64,000 bases of DNA from an uncultured Candidatus Saccharibacteria bacterium (GTDB taxonomy: Bacteria; Patescibacteriota; Saccharimonadia; Saccharimonadales; JALRHH01), in contig CAZXDT010000003.1 of assembly GCA_964639295.1 (NCBI GenBank), positions 65,304-129,303 of the forward strand, given 5' to 3'. Positions 17,527 through 27,186 of the stretch are shown in pieces. How positions within the stretch are numbered: the stretch's first letter is position 1; every line of letters begins with the position of its first letter. Position numbers and translations under genes: made by a program. A model generated the notes under the pieces. It worked only from the letters and a program-made list of their open reading frames with translations. It made no database searches and was not told the DNA's origin.

Positions 17527-19350
17527 ATGCACCTAAGTATGCGCATTTCTGATGCTTTGGTGGAAAAACTCTTGGTGGGGGCAGATAAAATTACCTCTGA
17601 TCAATTAACTGCGCTCAAAGAACAAGAAAAAGCCGAGAAAAAGCCGATGCAAGATTTGGCTATCTCTGGCAACATGATTTCAGAGAAAGACTTAACCAAG
17701 CTTTACGCCGATGAAATTGACATCCCCTATGTTGACCTCAACCCCAAGGAAATCAAACGCGAAGTTCTAAAACTTATTCCAGAACGTATTGCCCGTCAAT
17801 ACGGCGTTGTACTATTTGGTGTCGAAGAAGACGGCACTAAGTTGCTTGCCATGGAGGACCCGGACGATATCCTGGCAATTAACTTCCTACAAAAGCAACT
17901 TGGAAACAAGATCAAAGTCAGCGTGGCACCGGCAAGTGTCATTCAGGCAGCACTCGACCAGTACCGTGGCACCATAGGTAGCGAGCTAACTCAAGTCATA
18001 GCACCAGAAGACGATGCCAATAGTGAAGAGGAAGAAGTCAGTGAAGAAGACTTAGCAGAAGATTCACCTATTGCCCAGACAGTTAACTTACTCATTGAAT
18101 ACGCCATCCGCTCTGGAGCTAGTGATATCCACATTGAACCGAGAGACAGCTTTGTATCTGTACGCTATCGTATCGACGGTATTTTGCGTGAAGCCAACAA
18201 GCTACCAAAGAAGGTCCATAGCGCCCTCATTTCCCGTATCAAGATTCTTTCTAATCTGAAGATCGATGAACGACGCGTACCGCAAGATGGTCGATTTAAA
18301 ATTCAAATTGGCAGTGGTGTCTATGCCCTGCGTGTCTCAACTCTACCCATCACCGAAGGTGAAAAGGTGGTTATGCGTATCCTTAACGAATCAAGCAAGG
18401 CATCTACACTTGAAGAACTCGGCTACTGGGGTGTTTCGCTCGATGCAGTAAACGAAGCTATAAAGCAGCCCCACGGAATGGTCCTCGTTACTGGTCCAAC
18501 AGGCTCAGGTAAATCAACCAGTCTATTTAGTACACTCAGCCTCCTCAATAAACCAACCGTTAACATCTCTACCGTAGAAGACCCCGTTGAATATAAAATC
18601 CCTGGCGCCAACCAGGTGCAAACTAACGCTAAAGCCGGCATGACTTTTGCGGCTGGGCTCCGCGCACTCTTACGTCAAGATCCAAACATCATCATGGTTG
18701 GTGAGATTCGTGATGGAGAAACTTCAGGCCTCGCCGTCCAGGCTGCCCTGACAGGGCACCTGGTGTTTGCAACATTACACACCAACAATGCCGCGACCTG
18801 TCTACCACGTTTGCTTGATATGGGCATTGAGCCATTCTTGATTGCTAGTACCGTTCGCGTGGTGGTTGGTCAACGACTTGTTCGTAAACTATGTGTAGAC
18901 TGCCGTGAGGAAACGACACCTGATGTTGCTACGCTTAAACAAATCGGTCAAATATACGGCACCAGTACTGGCGGCATCATGAAACACATCCATGAACTAG
19001 AAGAACAAGCACTTGAAGGTGGTATCGGAAAAGTCAGCACTGGTAAGTCCAAGGTTGATACATCTACGTTATCAACCACTGACTCTAAAATCACGCGTAT
19101 TTTTAAGGCTCACGAGGGTGGCTGCGAAACCTGTGGACACACAGGTTATAAGGGACGAATGGGCATTTATGAAGTATTGTCTAACTCCAGTGATGTACAG
19201 AAGTTGATTGTCAGTAACGCCACAAGTGATGTTATTCAGAACCAAGCCATCAAAGAAGGCATGGTAACAATGCAGCTTGATGGGTTCATTAAGGCGCTCC
19301 GCGGACTGACAACTATTGAAGAAATATTACGCGTAACATCAGAAAAGTAA
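17527..19350 (+). CDS. pilB: Type IV pilus assembly ATPase PilB (GspE family); start 17527 or 17539
   Basis: N-terminal T2SSE_N/MshEN-like domain, Walker A GPTGSGKST, a C-terminal tetracysteine motif (CVDC...CETC). Confidence 0.92.
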   Translation: MHLSMRISDALVEKLLVGADKITSDQLTALKEQEKAEKKPMQDLAISGNMISEKDLTKLYADEIDIPYVDLNPKEIKREVLKLIPERIARQYGVVLFGVEEDGTKLLAMEDPDDILAINFLQKQLGNKIKVSVAPASVIQAALDQYRGTIGSELTQVIAPEDDANSEEEEVSEEDLAEDSPIAQTVNLLIEYAIRSGASDIHIEPRDSFVSVRYRIDGILREANKLPKKVHSALISRIKILSNLKIDERRVPQDGRFKIQIGSGVYALRVSTLPITEGEKVVMRILNESSKASTLEELGYWGVSLDAVNEAIKQPHGMVLVTGPTGSGKSTSLFSTLSLLNKPTVNISTVEDPVEYKIPGANQVQTNAKAGMTFAAGLRALLRQDPNIIMVGEIRDGETSGLAVQAALTGHLVFATLHTNNAATCLPRLLDMGIEPFLIASTVRVVVGQRLVRKLCVDCREETTPDVATLKQIGQIYGTSTGGIMKHIHELEEQALEGGIGKVSTGKSKVDTSTLSTTDSKITRIFKAHEGGCETCGHTGYKGRMGIYEVLSNSSDVQKLIVSNATSDVIQNQAIKEGMVTMQLDGFIKALRGLTTIEEILRVTSEK

Positions 19351-19363
19351 GAAGCATACATAT

Positions 19364-20581
19364 ATGAAATTCAACTACATCGCGATTGATAAAACTGGTA
19401 AGAAAATATCTGGTGCTATTGAGGGTGCAAACCAAGCATCCGCCACTGCCTCACTCAAATCACGTGGCCTCAAGCCACTATCCGTAAAGTCAGAGGGAGG
19501 TGGGCTGCTCGCAAAATCACCCTTCTCCGCTGCCAATAAGAAGGTAAAGCTCAAAGAATTAATGATCTTTACCCGTCAATTATCAACCATGATTAACGCC
19601 GGAGTACCCCTTGTTAGATCACTTGCAACTCTGCAGCTACAGACAGAAAACCCCGCATTCCAGCAGCACATCGTAGCTGTTACTAAGGACGTCGAAGGTG
19701 GTATGGCCTTTGCCGATGCCTTAGAAAAACACCCACATGTATTTACGCCGATCTACGTCAACATGGTTCGTGCTGGTGAAGCCGGTGGTATTTTGGATGA
19801 AATCTTGAACAAACTCGCCATCCAGCAAGAAAAAGATGCGCATATTAGGGCAAAGTTCAAAAGCGCCATGACATATCCAATCATCCTGTTGTCCATCACA
19901 ACTATTGTGTTCATTGGACTCATGGTCGTGGTTATGCCAAAACTAGGCAAAATTATTAAGGACCTCGGCGGCCCCGATGCCACACTGCCGCCACTGACTA
20001 CTGCAATGCTCGGTATTAGCCACTTTATGACCTCACAGTGGTACATCTTACTCGGTGGCACAATTATCCTCGTCGTTGGGCTTAAACGCTACACAGCAAC
20101 GCCACAAGGGCGTCGTAGACGGGACCAAACCCTCATGAAGCTACCCGTACTTAAAATGATTATTAAGAAGGTTGCTATTGCACGTTTTGCACGTATTTTC
20201 TCAAGCCTTATGAGCGCTGGAGTTAATGTTGTGGACGCTATAACCATCACATCAAAAGCACTCGGTAATGCAGTAATTGAAGATGAACTTATGGCTGCCA
20301 GTAAAGCGGTAGTAAACGGCCAGCAACTATCTGTGCCACTTTCGACAAGCAAGGTGTTCCCGCCAATTGTGAGTCAGATGATGGCCATTGGTGAGGAGAC
20401 AGGGCAAACCGACGAAATCCTTATCAAAGTCGCTGACTTCTATGAAGAAGAAGTGGATGCCGTCGTGGAAAGCCTTAGCTCTATCCTTGAACCAATTATG
20501 ATTGTTGTCATGGGTACTATGGTGGGACTCATCGCCGCAAGTGTTATCGGCCCAATTAGCAAACTATCTTCACAGGTTTAG
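19364..20581 (+). CDS. pilC: Type IV pilus platform protein PilC (GspF family)
   Basis: Duplicated T2SSF domains and three TM segments, directly after pilB. Confidence 0.9.
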   Translation: MKFNYIAIDKTGKKISGAIEGANQASATASLKSRGLKPLSVKSEGGGLLAKSPFSAANKKVKLKELMIFTRQLSTMINAGVPLVRSLATLQLQTENPAFQQHIVAVTKDVEGGMAFADALEKHPHVFTPIYVNMVRAGEAGGILDEILNKLAIQQEKDAHIRAKFKSAMTYPIILLSITTIVFIGLMVVVMPKLGKIIKDLGGPDATLPPLTTAMLGISHFMTSQWYILLGGTIILVVGLKRYTATPQGRRRRDQTLMKLPVLKMIIKKVAIARFARIFSSLMSAGVNVVDAITITSKALGNAVIEDELMAASKAVVNGQQLSVPLSTSKVFPPIVSQMMAIGEETGQTDEILIKVADFYEEEVDAVVESLSSILEPIMIVVMGTMVGLIAASVIGPISKLSSQV

Positions 20582-20693
20582 CTCACAAAACTCTTGCATA
20601 GTCCCTGGGGTGTGGTAGTGTATAAGCATAAGCCTCATAACGATTAATAACGTGGCTTTCTATTAGTAAGAACAGAAAAGGGTGGGCATTCTT

Positions 20694-21179
20694 ATGTTCA
20701 AAACACTTAAAAAAGAAGCACAAAAAGGGTTCACTATTATCGAACTCTTGATTGTGATCGCAATTATCGCTATTTTGGCGTTGTTAGTACTTAATAACTT
20801 CCAAGGTGCACAGGCTAAGGCTCGTGACCAACAGCGAACAACTGACCTCAACAACATCCACGGTAAGCTCGAAGAGTTCTACAACGAGAACAACGCATAC
20901 CCAAGCACATTTACTGCTGCTACCTTCCCTGGTATCGATGGTGAATCACTTAAGGACCCTATCGGTGGTGACACTATTTCTCAGACTGTAGTTGCCGATG
21001 CAACTGCTGCTGATAACCAAGCCGCACCTGGATCTGACAGCGTTGGTGCTGCATCATACGCATACATCGCTTACCCAACCGGTTGTACTAACAACTGTAC
21101 TGGTTACCGTTTGAAGAGCTTTATTGAGAAGCCATCTACAACGACTCCAAACCCATACGTCAAGAAGAGCCTTAACTAG
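20694..21179 (+). CDS. pilA: Major type IV pilin
   Basis: Class III signal peptide MFKTLKKEAQKG/FTIIELLIVIAIIAILA, SD-like GGGTGGG upstream and a strong terminator downstream. Confidence 0.85.
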   Translation: MFKTLKKEAQKGFTIIELLIVIAIIAILALLVLNNFQGAQAKARDQQRTTDLNNIHGKLEEFYNENNAYPSTFTAATFPGIDGESLKDPIGGDTISQTVVADATAADNQAAPGSDSVGAASYAYIAYPTGCTNNCTGYRLKSFIEKPSTTTPNPYVKKSLN

Positions 21180-21198
21180 TCACTTCTGACAATGCATT

Positions 21199-21230
21199 AA
21201 ACCACCTGGAATCCAGGTGGTTTTTTGTTT
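21199..21230 (+). terminator. Rho-independent terminator after the pilin gene
   Basis: The aaccacctgg-aat-ccaggtggtt hairpin is followed by TTTTTTGTTT. Confidence 0.8.
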
Positions 21231-21281
21231 GTGACCCCACCATACCTCTTATGCTATACTTGTTCTAACAGGGGTAATTAC

Positions 21282-21680
21282 GTGGGAATAAAAAAGTCAG
21301 AGCAAGGGTTCACAATCATTGAATTGTTAGTCACTATTGCAGTTGTGGGCATAATGGTGCCAACACTTGCCGGCTTCGTGAACACTCTCAACCGCTTTAA
21401 TGACCGTGCCCGTGATCTAACACTCGTAAACTCATTAGCAGAAAATAAGGTTGAGAGCCTTAGAAGTGTTGGCTATAGTGCCATAAACACTGGCACAACT
21501 TCTTTTGTGAGCGAACTTCCTACCAGCATTGGCAGCCCTCGAACTGCCACCTATACAGTCACAATACCAACGACAGGCATCAAACAGGTTGATGTTGCAG
21601 TTTCATACAATGACCACGGTACCACCCAGTCCGTTAATTACCGTACTTACATAGGAGAGCTCGGTGTTGGCCAGTATTAA
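21282..21680 (+). CDS. Minor pilin/pseudopilin (GTG start)
   Basis: Prepilin motif SEQG/FTIIELLVTIAVVGIM. The longer ATG-started ORF (21225) would place the cleavage motif abnormally deep. Confidence 0.75.
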   Translation: MGIKKSEQGFTIIELLVTIAVVGIMVPTLAGFVNTLNRFNDRARDLTLVNSLAENKVESLRSVGYSAINTGTTSFVSELPTSIGSPRTATYTVTIPTTGIKQVDVAVSYNDHGTTQSVNYRTYIGELGVGQY

Positions 21681-22365
21681 GAACATCTTGAAGAAGAATC
21701 ATAAACTCAACCAAGCGGGTGTGACGATTGTTGAGCTAATGGTGGTCGTAGGTATTGCCAGTGTACTACTACTGTCCTTCATGACTGTCAGTGTGTATAT
21801 GTACGGTGATACGTTACGATCCTCTCTGTATTCACAACTAGCCACCGAATCACAAACCATACTTCGTTCAGTGGTCGAAGAGCTCCGTCAGAGTTCTTCA
21901 ATCCGTACAAGTAACGCCAACCCCGATGCTAACGCCCCTGGCGGCGGCTGGACCACCAGTAATAGCAGCCTTATCCTTATTATTTCCACACCAGCACTCG
22001 ATAGTAGTAATAACTTCATTATTGACTCAGACACGGGGTATCCATACCAGAACGAGATTGTGTATTTTGCATCCGGGGGCACCTTATATAAGCGCTTTCT
22101 GGCAAATGCGGCTGCAACTGGCAACACACGCAAAACTACCTGTCCCCAGGCTTCTTCAAGCTCATCCTGCCCTCCAGACATTATTATGAGCACTAACTTT
22201 AAAACATTAAGCTTTATATTCTATGACCAGGATGATGCCGTAACCACATCCATCCCCAACGCCCGTTCAATCAAGCTATTCATACAAATGCAACGCAAAA
22301 CATTTGGTAAGACACTGCAGTTCGATAATAATATTCGTATAACCATAAGGAATACATACCCATGA
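21664..22365 (+). CDS. Minor pilin (PilW-like)
   Basis: Prepilin-like N-terminus NQAG/VTIVELMVVVGIASVLLL. Overlaps neighbours on both sides. Confidence 0.7.
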   Translation: MLASIKNILKKNHKLNQAGVTIVELMVVVGIASVLLLSFMTVSVYMYGDTLRSSLYSQLATESQTILRSVVEELRQSSSIRTSNANPDANAPGGGWTTSNSSLILIISTPALDSSNNFIIDSDTGYPYQNEIVYFASGGTLYKRFLANAAATGNTRKTTCPQASSSSSCPPDIIMSTNFKTLSFIFYDQDDAVTTSIPNARSIKLFIQMQRKTFGKTLQFDNNIRITIRNTYP

Positions 22366-23741
22366 CCAGGCGTAACAATGATGACGGATTTATCTTGTTG
22401 GCGGTCTTGATGACTACTGTGTTTATCATGATGGTTGGTGTGGCTTCACTGCAATTGATTACCAGCAACCTTCGCACAGCTAAATCTGAACGATACCTTA
22501 TTAATGCCCAGTTTGCAGCCGATGCCGGTATTGATGATGCAGTCCGCCACTTGAATCAAGATAATACTTGGACGGGCACAGGCGTCGAAACAACACTACT
22601 CACTGACCCCAAGTTTAAGACAACCTACCAGACAGTAGTTACTGCCGGCTCAACTGATTTTCAAAAGTTCATTGACGTGACTGCTAAAACTTTTGTCCCA
22701 GCAGGCAGTTCAACGCCATCATATACCCGTAAGTATCAGGTGGAAATGCGTGGTGTTGGTGGCGGTAACTACTCCATCGTGAGTGGTGTGGGTGGTCTTG
22801 AGATGTCAAATAATTCCAAAATTCTTGGCGGCCAGGTATATGTTAATGGAACATTAACTATGACTAATTCATCTCAAATTGGTATGAGCTTATTGCCAGT
22901 AAACGTCTCTGTCGCAGACCAAGCTTGCCCTATTCCTGCTGATGCCACATATCCACGCGTTTGCACAGCAGCCGACCATCCTCCAGAACCAGTAAACATT
23001 AGTAACCCAGCTAAGATTTATGGCGAAGTTAAGGCGACCAACCAAACTGACAACACCTATATGTATAGCCCCGGGCTCGTTGCCGGAAATCCTTCACCAG
23101 CTGACTTACCAGATTATGACCGTCAAGCACAAATTAATGCAGTAGCCCACACAGCAAGCGGTGCTTCATCTAGTTGCTCGCTCGGGGTGAAAACATGGCA
23201 AGCTAATACTAAGATTACCGGTGATGTGACAATTTCTGGTTTGTGTATAGTGACAGTTGAGGGCAACGTGTGGATTACTGGTAATCTCATTCTTAGAAAT
23301 TCAGCGATCCTTATCGTGAAGCCGGGCGTCACAACACCACCTGTCATCATGGTGGACGGTGACAACGGGCTGACGATACAGAACTCTGCCTCATTAATTG
23401 CAAATCTTAACCTGCCTCCAGTTGGATTCAAAATTATTACTTATGCGAGTAGCGTTGGCTGTTCTACCGCCGCCGTTGGGGCGTGTGATGTTACTGGTAG
23501 TGATCTATTCAACAGTAAATCCAAAACTACGATTAGTATCCAAAACTCCGCATCAGGTGCAGAGACAGAGTTTTATGCTCGTTGGTCTAAGATCGACCTT
23601 AATAACAGTGGTAATGTTGGTGCTCTTGTGGGTCAAACAGTCAGTTTGAGCAACTCATCGGCAATTACTTTTGGCGCTAGCGTCGATGGGTTCACAGGAC
23701 CGTTAGCTTGGGTAGTTAAATCGTATAAGAGAACCTTCTAG
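22362..23741 (+). CDS. Large PilX-N-type minor pilin, candidate pilus tip protein
   Basis: N-terminus DDGFILLAVLMTTVFIMMVGVASLQL...AQFAADAGIDDAV (PilX N-terminal type) followed by about 350 aa rich in beta-helix-like G/N/S/T repeats. Confidence 0.7.
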   Translation: MTRRNNDDGFILLAVLMTTVFIMMVGVASLQLITSNLRTAKSERYLINAQFAADAGIDDAVRHLNQDNTWTGTGVETTLLTDPKFKTTYQTVVTAGSTDFQKFIDVTAKTFVPAGSSTPSYTRKYQVEMRGVGGGNYSIVSGVGGLEMSNNSKILGGQVYVNGTLTMTNSSQIGMSLLPVNVSVADQACPIPADATYPRVCTAADHPPEPVNISNPAKIYGEVKATNQTDNTYMYSPGLVAGNPSPADLPDYDRQAQINAVAHTASGASSSCSLGVKTWQANTKITGDVTISGLCIVTVEGNVWITGNLILRNSAILIVKPGVTTPPVIMVDGDNGLTIQNSASLIANLNLPPVGFKIITYASSVGCSTAAVGACDVTGSDLFNSKSKTTISIQNSASGAETEFYARWSKIDLNNSGNVGALVGQTVSLSNSSAITFGASVDGFTGPLAWVVKSYKRTF

Positions 23742-23804
23742 TTGAGGAACATTCTCTCTGGTATACTGAGTGCAAACATACTGCTTATGGTGGGCAAATA
23801 ATAC

Positions 23805-24872
23805 ATGACTAACAAAGAAACCCTTTTCTTCAAAGACAAGCCGATATTCGGTCTTGATATTGGGTATAGTAGTCTCAAAGTTCTCCAAGCAGATACTTCT
23901 GGCAAGAAGCAGGTTGTTGTTGGCTACGGAGCCACTAGTTTTGCCGCAGGATCAGTCAAGGAAGGCGTTATTGCCGACCCAGAAGCTATAGCTAAGGCAA
24001 CCCACGAGCTATTCGAGAAAAACCTTATCGGTGATATCACTACCCGCCGTGTCGTATTGTCTATCCCTGCCTCACGCTCGTATAGTCGCAACGTGCACCT
24101 TCCAAAGCTTGGCACCAAAGAATTACACGACGCTGTTCTCTTAGAGGTTGAGCAGTATGTGCCCGTCCCCAACGACGAACTGTACATTGACTACACAACC
24201 ATCGATGAGACGGCTGAGGGTGTTGAGCTTATTGTGGTAGCGGTACCAAAGAAGGTCGTCGACTCCTACCTCCAACTTGCAAAAATACTGAATCTTGATG
24301 TAGTTGGCGTTGAGCCAAGTATCGCTGCAGCCGGTCGCTTGTTCCTGCAGGCAGAAAGTACTGATACGCCAACTGTATTAATTGATTTTGGCTCACTCTC
24401 ATCTGACGTAACAATCTATGATAAAGGGCTGGTCATTACTGGAACTGTCTCCGGTGGTGGCGACAACTTTACTGATATTATTGCCTCTACATTGAACGTG
24501 ACTAATCAAGAAGCCCACATTATCAAAACGAAATACGGTCTTGGTGTGAGTAAAAAACAGCGTGAGATTACCGAGGGTTTGACTCCCCTACTACAACAGC
24601 TCACTAAAGAAGTACGCCGTATGATTAGATACTACGAGGAACGTTCTGGTACCGAACGCAAGATTACCCAGGTGGTCACTATGGGTGGTGGCGCCAATAT
24701 GCCAGGACTATCAGAATACCTAACCAATCTTCTCCGGATTCCTGTCCGTATGTGTGATCCATGGCAGAATATTGATTTTTCTGGCCTACAACCACCTAAC
24801 AGCGTGGAGAAATCCATGTACGTTACTGTTTCTGGCCTTGCCCTGACCCCGCCAAAGGAACTGCTCTCATGA
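23805..24872 (+). CDS. pilM: Type IV pilus assembly protein PilM (actin-like ATPase fold)
   Basis: GLDIGYSSLKV N-terminal phosphate-1 motif, ...MGGGANMPGL adenosine motif, and a position before pilN. Confidence 0.85.
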   Translation: MTNKETLFFKDKPIFGLDIGYSSLKVLQADTSGKKQVVVGYGATSFAAGSVKEGVIADPEAIAKATHELFEKNLIGDITTRRVVLSIPASRSYSRNVHLPKLGTKELHDAVLLEVEQYVPVPNDELYIDYTTIDETAEGVELIVVAVPKKVVDSYLQLAKILNLDVVGVEPSIAAAGRLFLQAESTDTPTVLIDFGSLSSDVTIYDKGLVITGTVSGGGDNFTDIIASTLNVTNQEAHIIKTKYGLGVSKKQREITEGLTPLLQQLTKEVRRMIRYYEERSGTERKITQVVTMGGGANMPGLSEYLTNLLRIPVRMCDPWQNIDFSGLQPPNSVEKSMYVTVSGLALTPPKELLS

Positions 24873-24918
24873 TTTTCCTTGTTAATAACATCAAAGTGCG
24901 TCCAGAGGGTGAAACCCG

Positions 24919-25524
24919 ATGATTAATTTATTGCCTCCTGATTATAAGGATGAGTTAGTATTTGCCCGCAGGAATACCGCGCTCAAAAACTGGGTGATCA
25001 TGAGCTGCGCAGGAGTACTTGGGATTGTCCTTATCATTGCAGTAGGCCAGATCTTCATCAGTCGCTCCACTGTTAATTCCCAGAGACAAGTCAACCAGAC
25101 TCGTGAACAGTTAAATGCACAGAAGCTCGAAGAAACTCAGAAACAAGTCACCGATATTAGTGACAGTATCAAGCTCGCAATTGCTGTCCTTGGCCGTGAA
25201 ATACTGTTCTCTAAGCTACTGTCTCAGGTAGCTACTGCCATGCCAAATGGTAGTTCGCTGCAGAGCCTGACTATTAACTCTACCCAAGGTGGTATTGACC
25301 TTACTGCTGGAGCAACCACCTATCAGACCGCTACACAAGTGCAAATTAACCTGGCAGATCCAAACAACAAGATTTTTGAGAAGGCTGACATCGTGAATGT
25401 TACCTGTGACAGCAAACCGGCGACTACTGCAACGAGTGCCTATCCTTGTACCGTCTCTATCCGTGCCCTATTTGCTAAAGATAATATATTCCAATACGTA
25501 ACCAATACTAAGGCAACCAAATGA
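24919..25524 (+). CDS. pilN: Type IV pilus assembly protein PilN
   Basis: MINLLPP N-terminal PilM-binding motif, a single TM helix and a coiled coil. Confidence 0.8.
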   Translation: MINLLPPDYKDELVFARRNTALKNWVIMSCAGVLGIVLIIAVGQIFISRSTVNSQRQVNQTREQLNAQKLEETQKQVTDISDSIKLAIAVLGREILFSKLLSQVATAMPNGSSLQSLTINSTQGGIDLTAGATTYQTATQVQINLADPNNKIFEKADIVNVTCDSKPATTATSAYPCTVSIRALFAKDNIFQYVTNTKATK

Positions 25525-26141
25525 ACAGTAAACGCCTTTACTACATCTTGATTGCCTTGATTGTGCTCATCAATGGTTCTGGTATTGCTGCTGTATATTT
25601 TGGTAATAAGATCTTGGCCAAGCAAACCACTAAACTCACCGATCTTAAGGTTGAAGCAAACACCCTAGAGGACGTACAGCGTTCACTAACAAAAGCCAAA
25701 AAAGACATTCTCGCCTACTCCGATATTGAAAAGGTCGTTAAAACAGTCATTCCACAGGAGAAGGACCAGGCCCGAACAGTTCGTGAGATCGTTAAGATAG
25801 CTGACGAATCAAATATTAAGCTTGCAAGTATTAGCTTCCCTAGTTCCACTCTCGGTAACAAAGCAACAGCGGGGGCTACTGGGGCACCTGCAGCTACCAG
25901 TACTAGCGGTAACACACAAACACAAAAGGTTGATGGTATCAGCAACGTAGAGCGACTAGAAATAACTATTGCATCAGACACGACAAAGCCAGTGCTCTAT
26001 ACTGATTTCATCTCTTTCCTGGCGAAACTTGAGCAAAACCGTCGCACATCACAAGTAGGTAACATCAACATTATCCCTGACTCCAGCAAGCGAAATTACC
26101 TGACCTTCACCATGACACTTAACGTATACATAAAGAAGTAA
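25521..26141 (+). CDS. pilO: PilO-like bitopic pilus alignment protein
   Basis: Single N-terminal TM helix, a coiled coil and a 4-nt overlap with pilN. Assigned by position and architecture only. Confidence 0.55.
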   Translation: MNSKRLYYILIALIVLINGSGIAAVYFGNKILAKQTTKLTDLKVEANTLEDVQRSLTKAKKDILAYSDIEKVVKTVIPQEKDQARTVREIVKIADESNIKLASISFPSSTLGNKATAGATGAPAATSTSGNTQTQKVDGISNVERLEITIASDTTKPVLYTDFISFLAKLEQNRRTSQVGNINIIPDSSKRNYLTFTMTLNVYIKK

Positions 26142-26146
26142 CGACT

Positions 26147-26446
26147 ATGCAATTACACCTCGAGACACTACTCCCAAAAATCAAACCCTATCTTACTTTT
26201 GCAAAGAAGTATGCGGTGTTCTTGTTTACGCTTGCCTTCTTACTCGTGTATCTATTCCTAGTACAACACATTGGGCACCTCATACAGGATGAACCTTCCC
26301 AAGCGGCCATCGACAGCAAGCTCAAACCCGTCAACCAACTCAAGATTGACCAAGACGCCGTCAAGAAGATCACTGACCTAGAGTCCCAAAATGTAGAAGT
26401 TAAGTCTCTCTTCGAACAGGCTCGTCAAAACCCATTCACTGAGTAA
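26147..26446 (+). CDS. Small single-TM protein, last gene of the pilus operon
   Basis: 99-aa ORF 5 nt after the pilO-like gene, with one TM helix. No recognisable family. Confidence 0.5.
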   Translation: MQLHLETLLPKIKPYLTFAKKYAVFLFTLAFLLVYLFLVQHIGHLIQDEPSQAAIDSKLKPVNQLKIDQDAVKKITDLESQNVEVKSLFEQARQNPFTE

Positions 26447-26455
26447 GTAAACTCG

Positions 26456-27100
26456 TTAGGGAGTATTTCCGCCACCGTGACGGCCAATACATTTAGCCCG
26501 AGCGTCTACTAGCAATTGTCCATAATGATTTGGGTTTGGACAGTATGAGTAGTGAAAGTTATTTTGCTCACCCGCAGTTTCTATACGTATCTGCCCGAAG
26601 TTAAAGATCATTGCCCAGATGCCGCGTTTATCAGCCGTAACATCCTCGATATTATTCAATGTTAACTGTGAAACCTGGCGGTCAAACAGACCGTTCTTGA
26701 TAACCTGAACGACGTTACGGTCCGTAAGAATCAGTTCATTCTGCCTATATATCCACGTGACAATAATCATAATTATTGCAAGCAAGCCACCAAATAATGT
26801 TATTCCAAGCTTGAGCCATGATTTAACAGAATCGATCTGCGTGCCACTTGCCAGGTCAGGGACCAAGAAGTATAGCAGGCCACTCGCCAAGCCAAACCCG
26901 AGAATTGCCTGGATGTAAAAAATTATGATGCCAAAAGGATGTTTTTTAACCCGGAAGATTAACACTTCGCCAGGTTCGGTAATTGCCTCAATTGAGCCTG
27001 AGTTTTTGTGTAAGTGAATCTCCTTAGGCTGAGCTACTGGTTGTACGGCTTCAGGTTGCGGAGCTTGTTCTCGGTCTGTCGGTGTTTGTTGTGGTTCCAT
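26456..27100 (-). CDS. Membrane protein with a bacterial PH (YdbS/YdbT, DUF304-like) domain
   Basis: Two TM helices followed by LILTDRNVVQVIKNGLFDRQVSQLTLNNIEDV. Start ATG 27100 is chosen because TATAAT sits 6 nt upstream. The longest ORF reaches 27142. Confidence 0.65.
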   Translation of the reverse strand: MEPQQTPTDREQAPQPEAVQPVAQPKEIHLHKNSGSIEAITEPGEVLIFRVKKHPFGIIIFYIQAILGFGLASGLLYFLVPDLASGTQIDSVKSWLKLGITLFGGLLAIIMIIVTWIYRQNELILTDRNVVQVIKNGLFDRQVSQLTLNNIEDVTADKRGIWAMIFNFGQIRIETAGEQNNFHYSYCPNPNHYGQLLVDARAKCIGRHGGGNTP

Positions 27101-27186
27101 AAAAGTATTATACCGTAGGAACGGAGAAATAAACGTGTTCACATGATTATTTGGAGTACGGCCCGTTTCAACAATATTAAATATTG

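Noticed and set aside
21225-21281. ATG-initiated 5' extension of the first minor pilin ORF (MFVTPPYLLCYTCSNRGNY...).
   Set aside because: It overlaps the pilin terminator and would bury the prepilin cleavage motif 26 residues deep. A GTG at 21282 gives a canonical short leader peptide.
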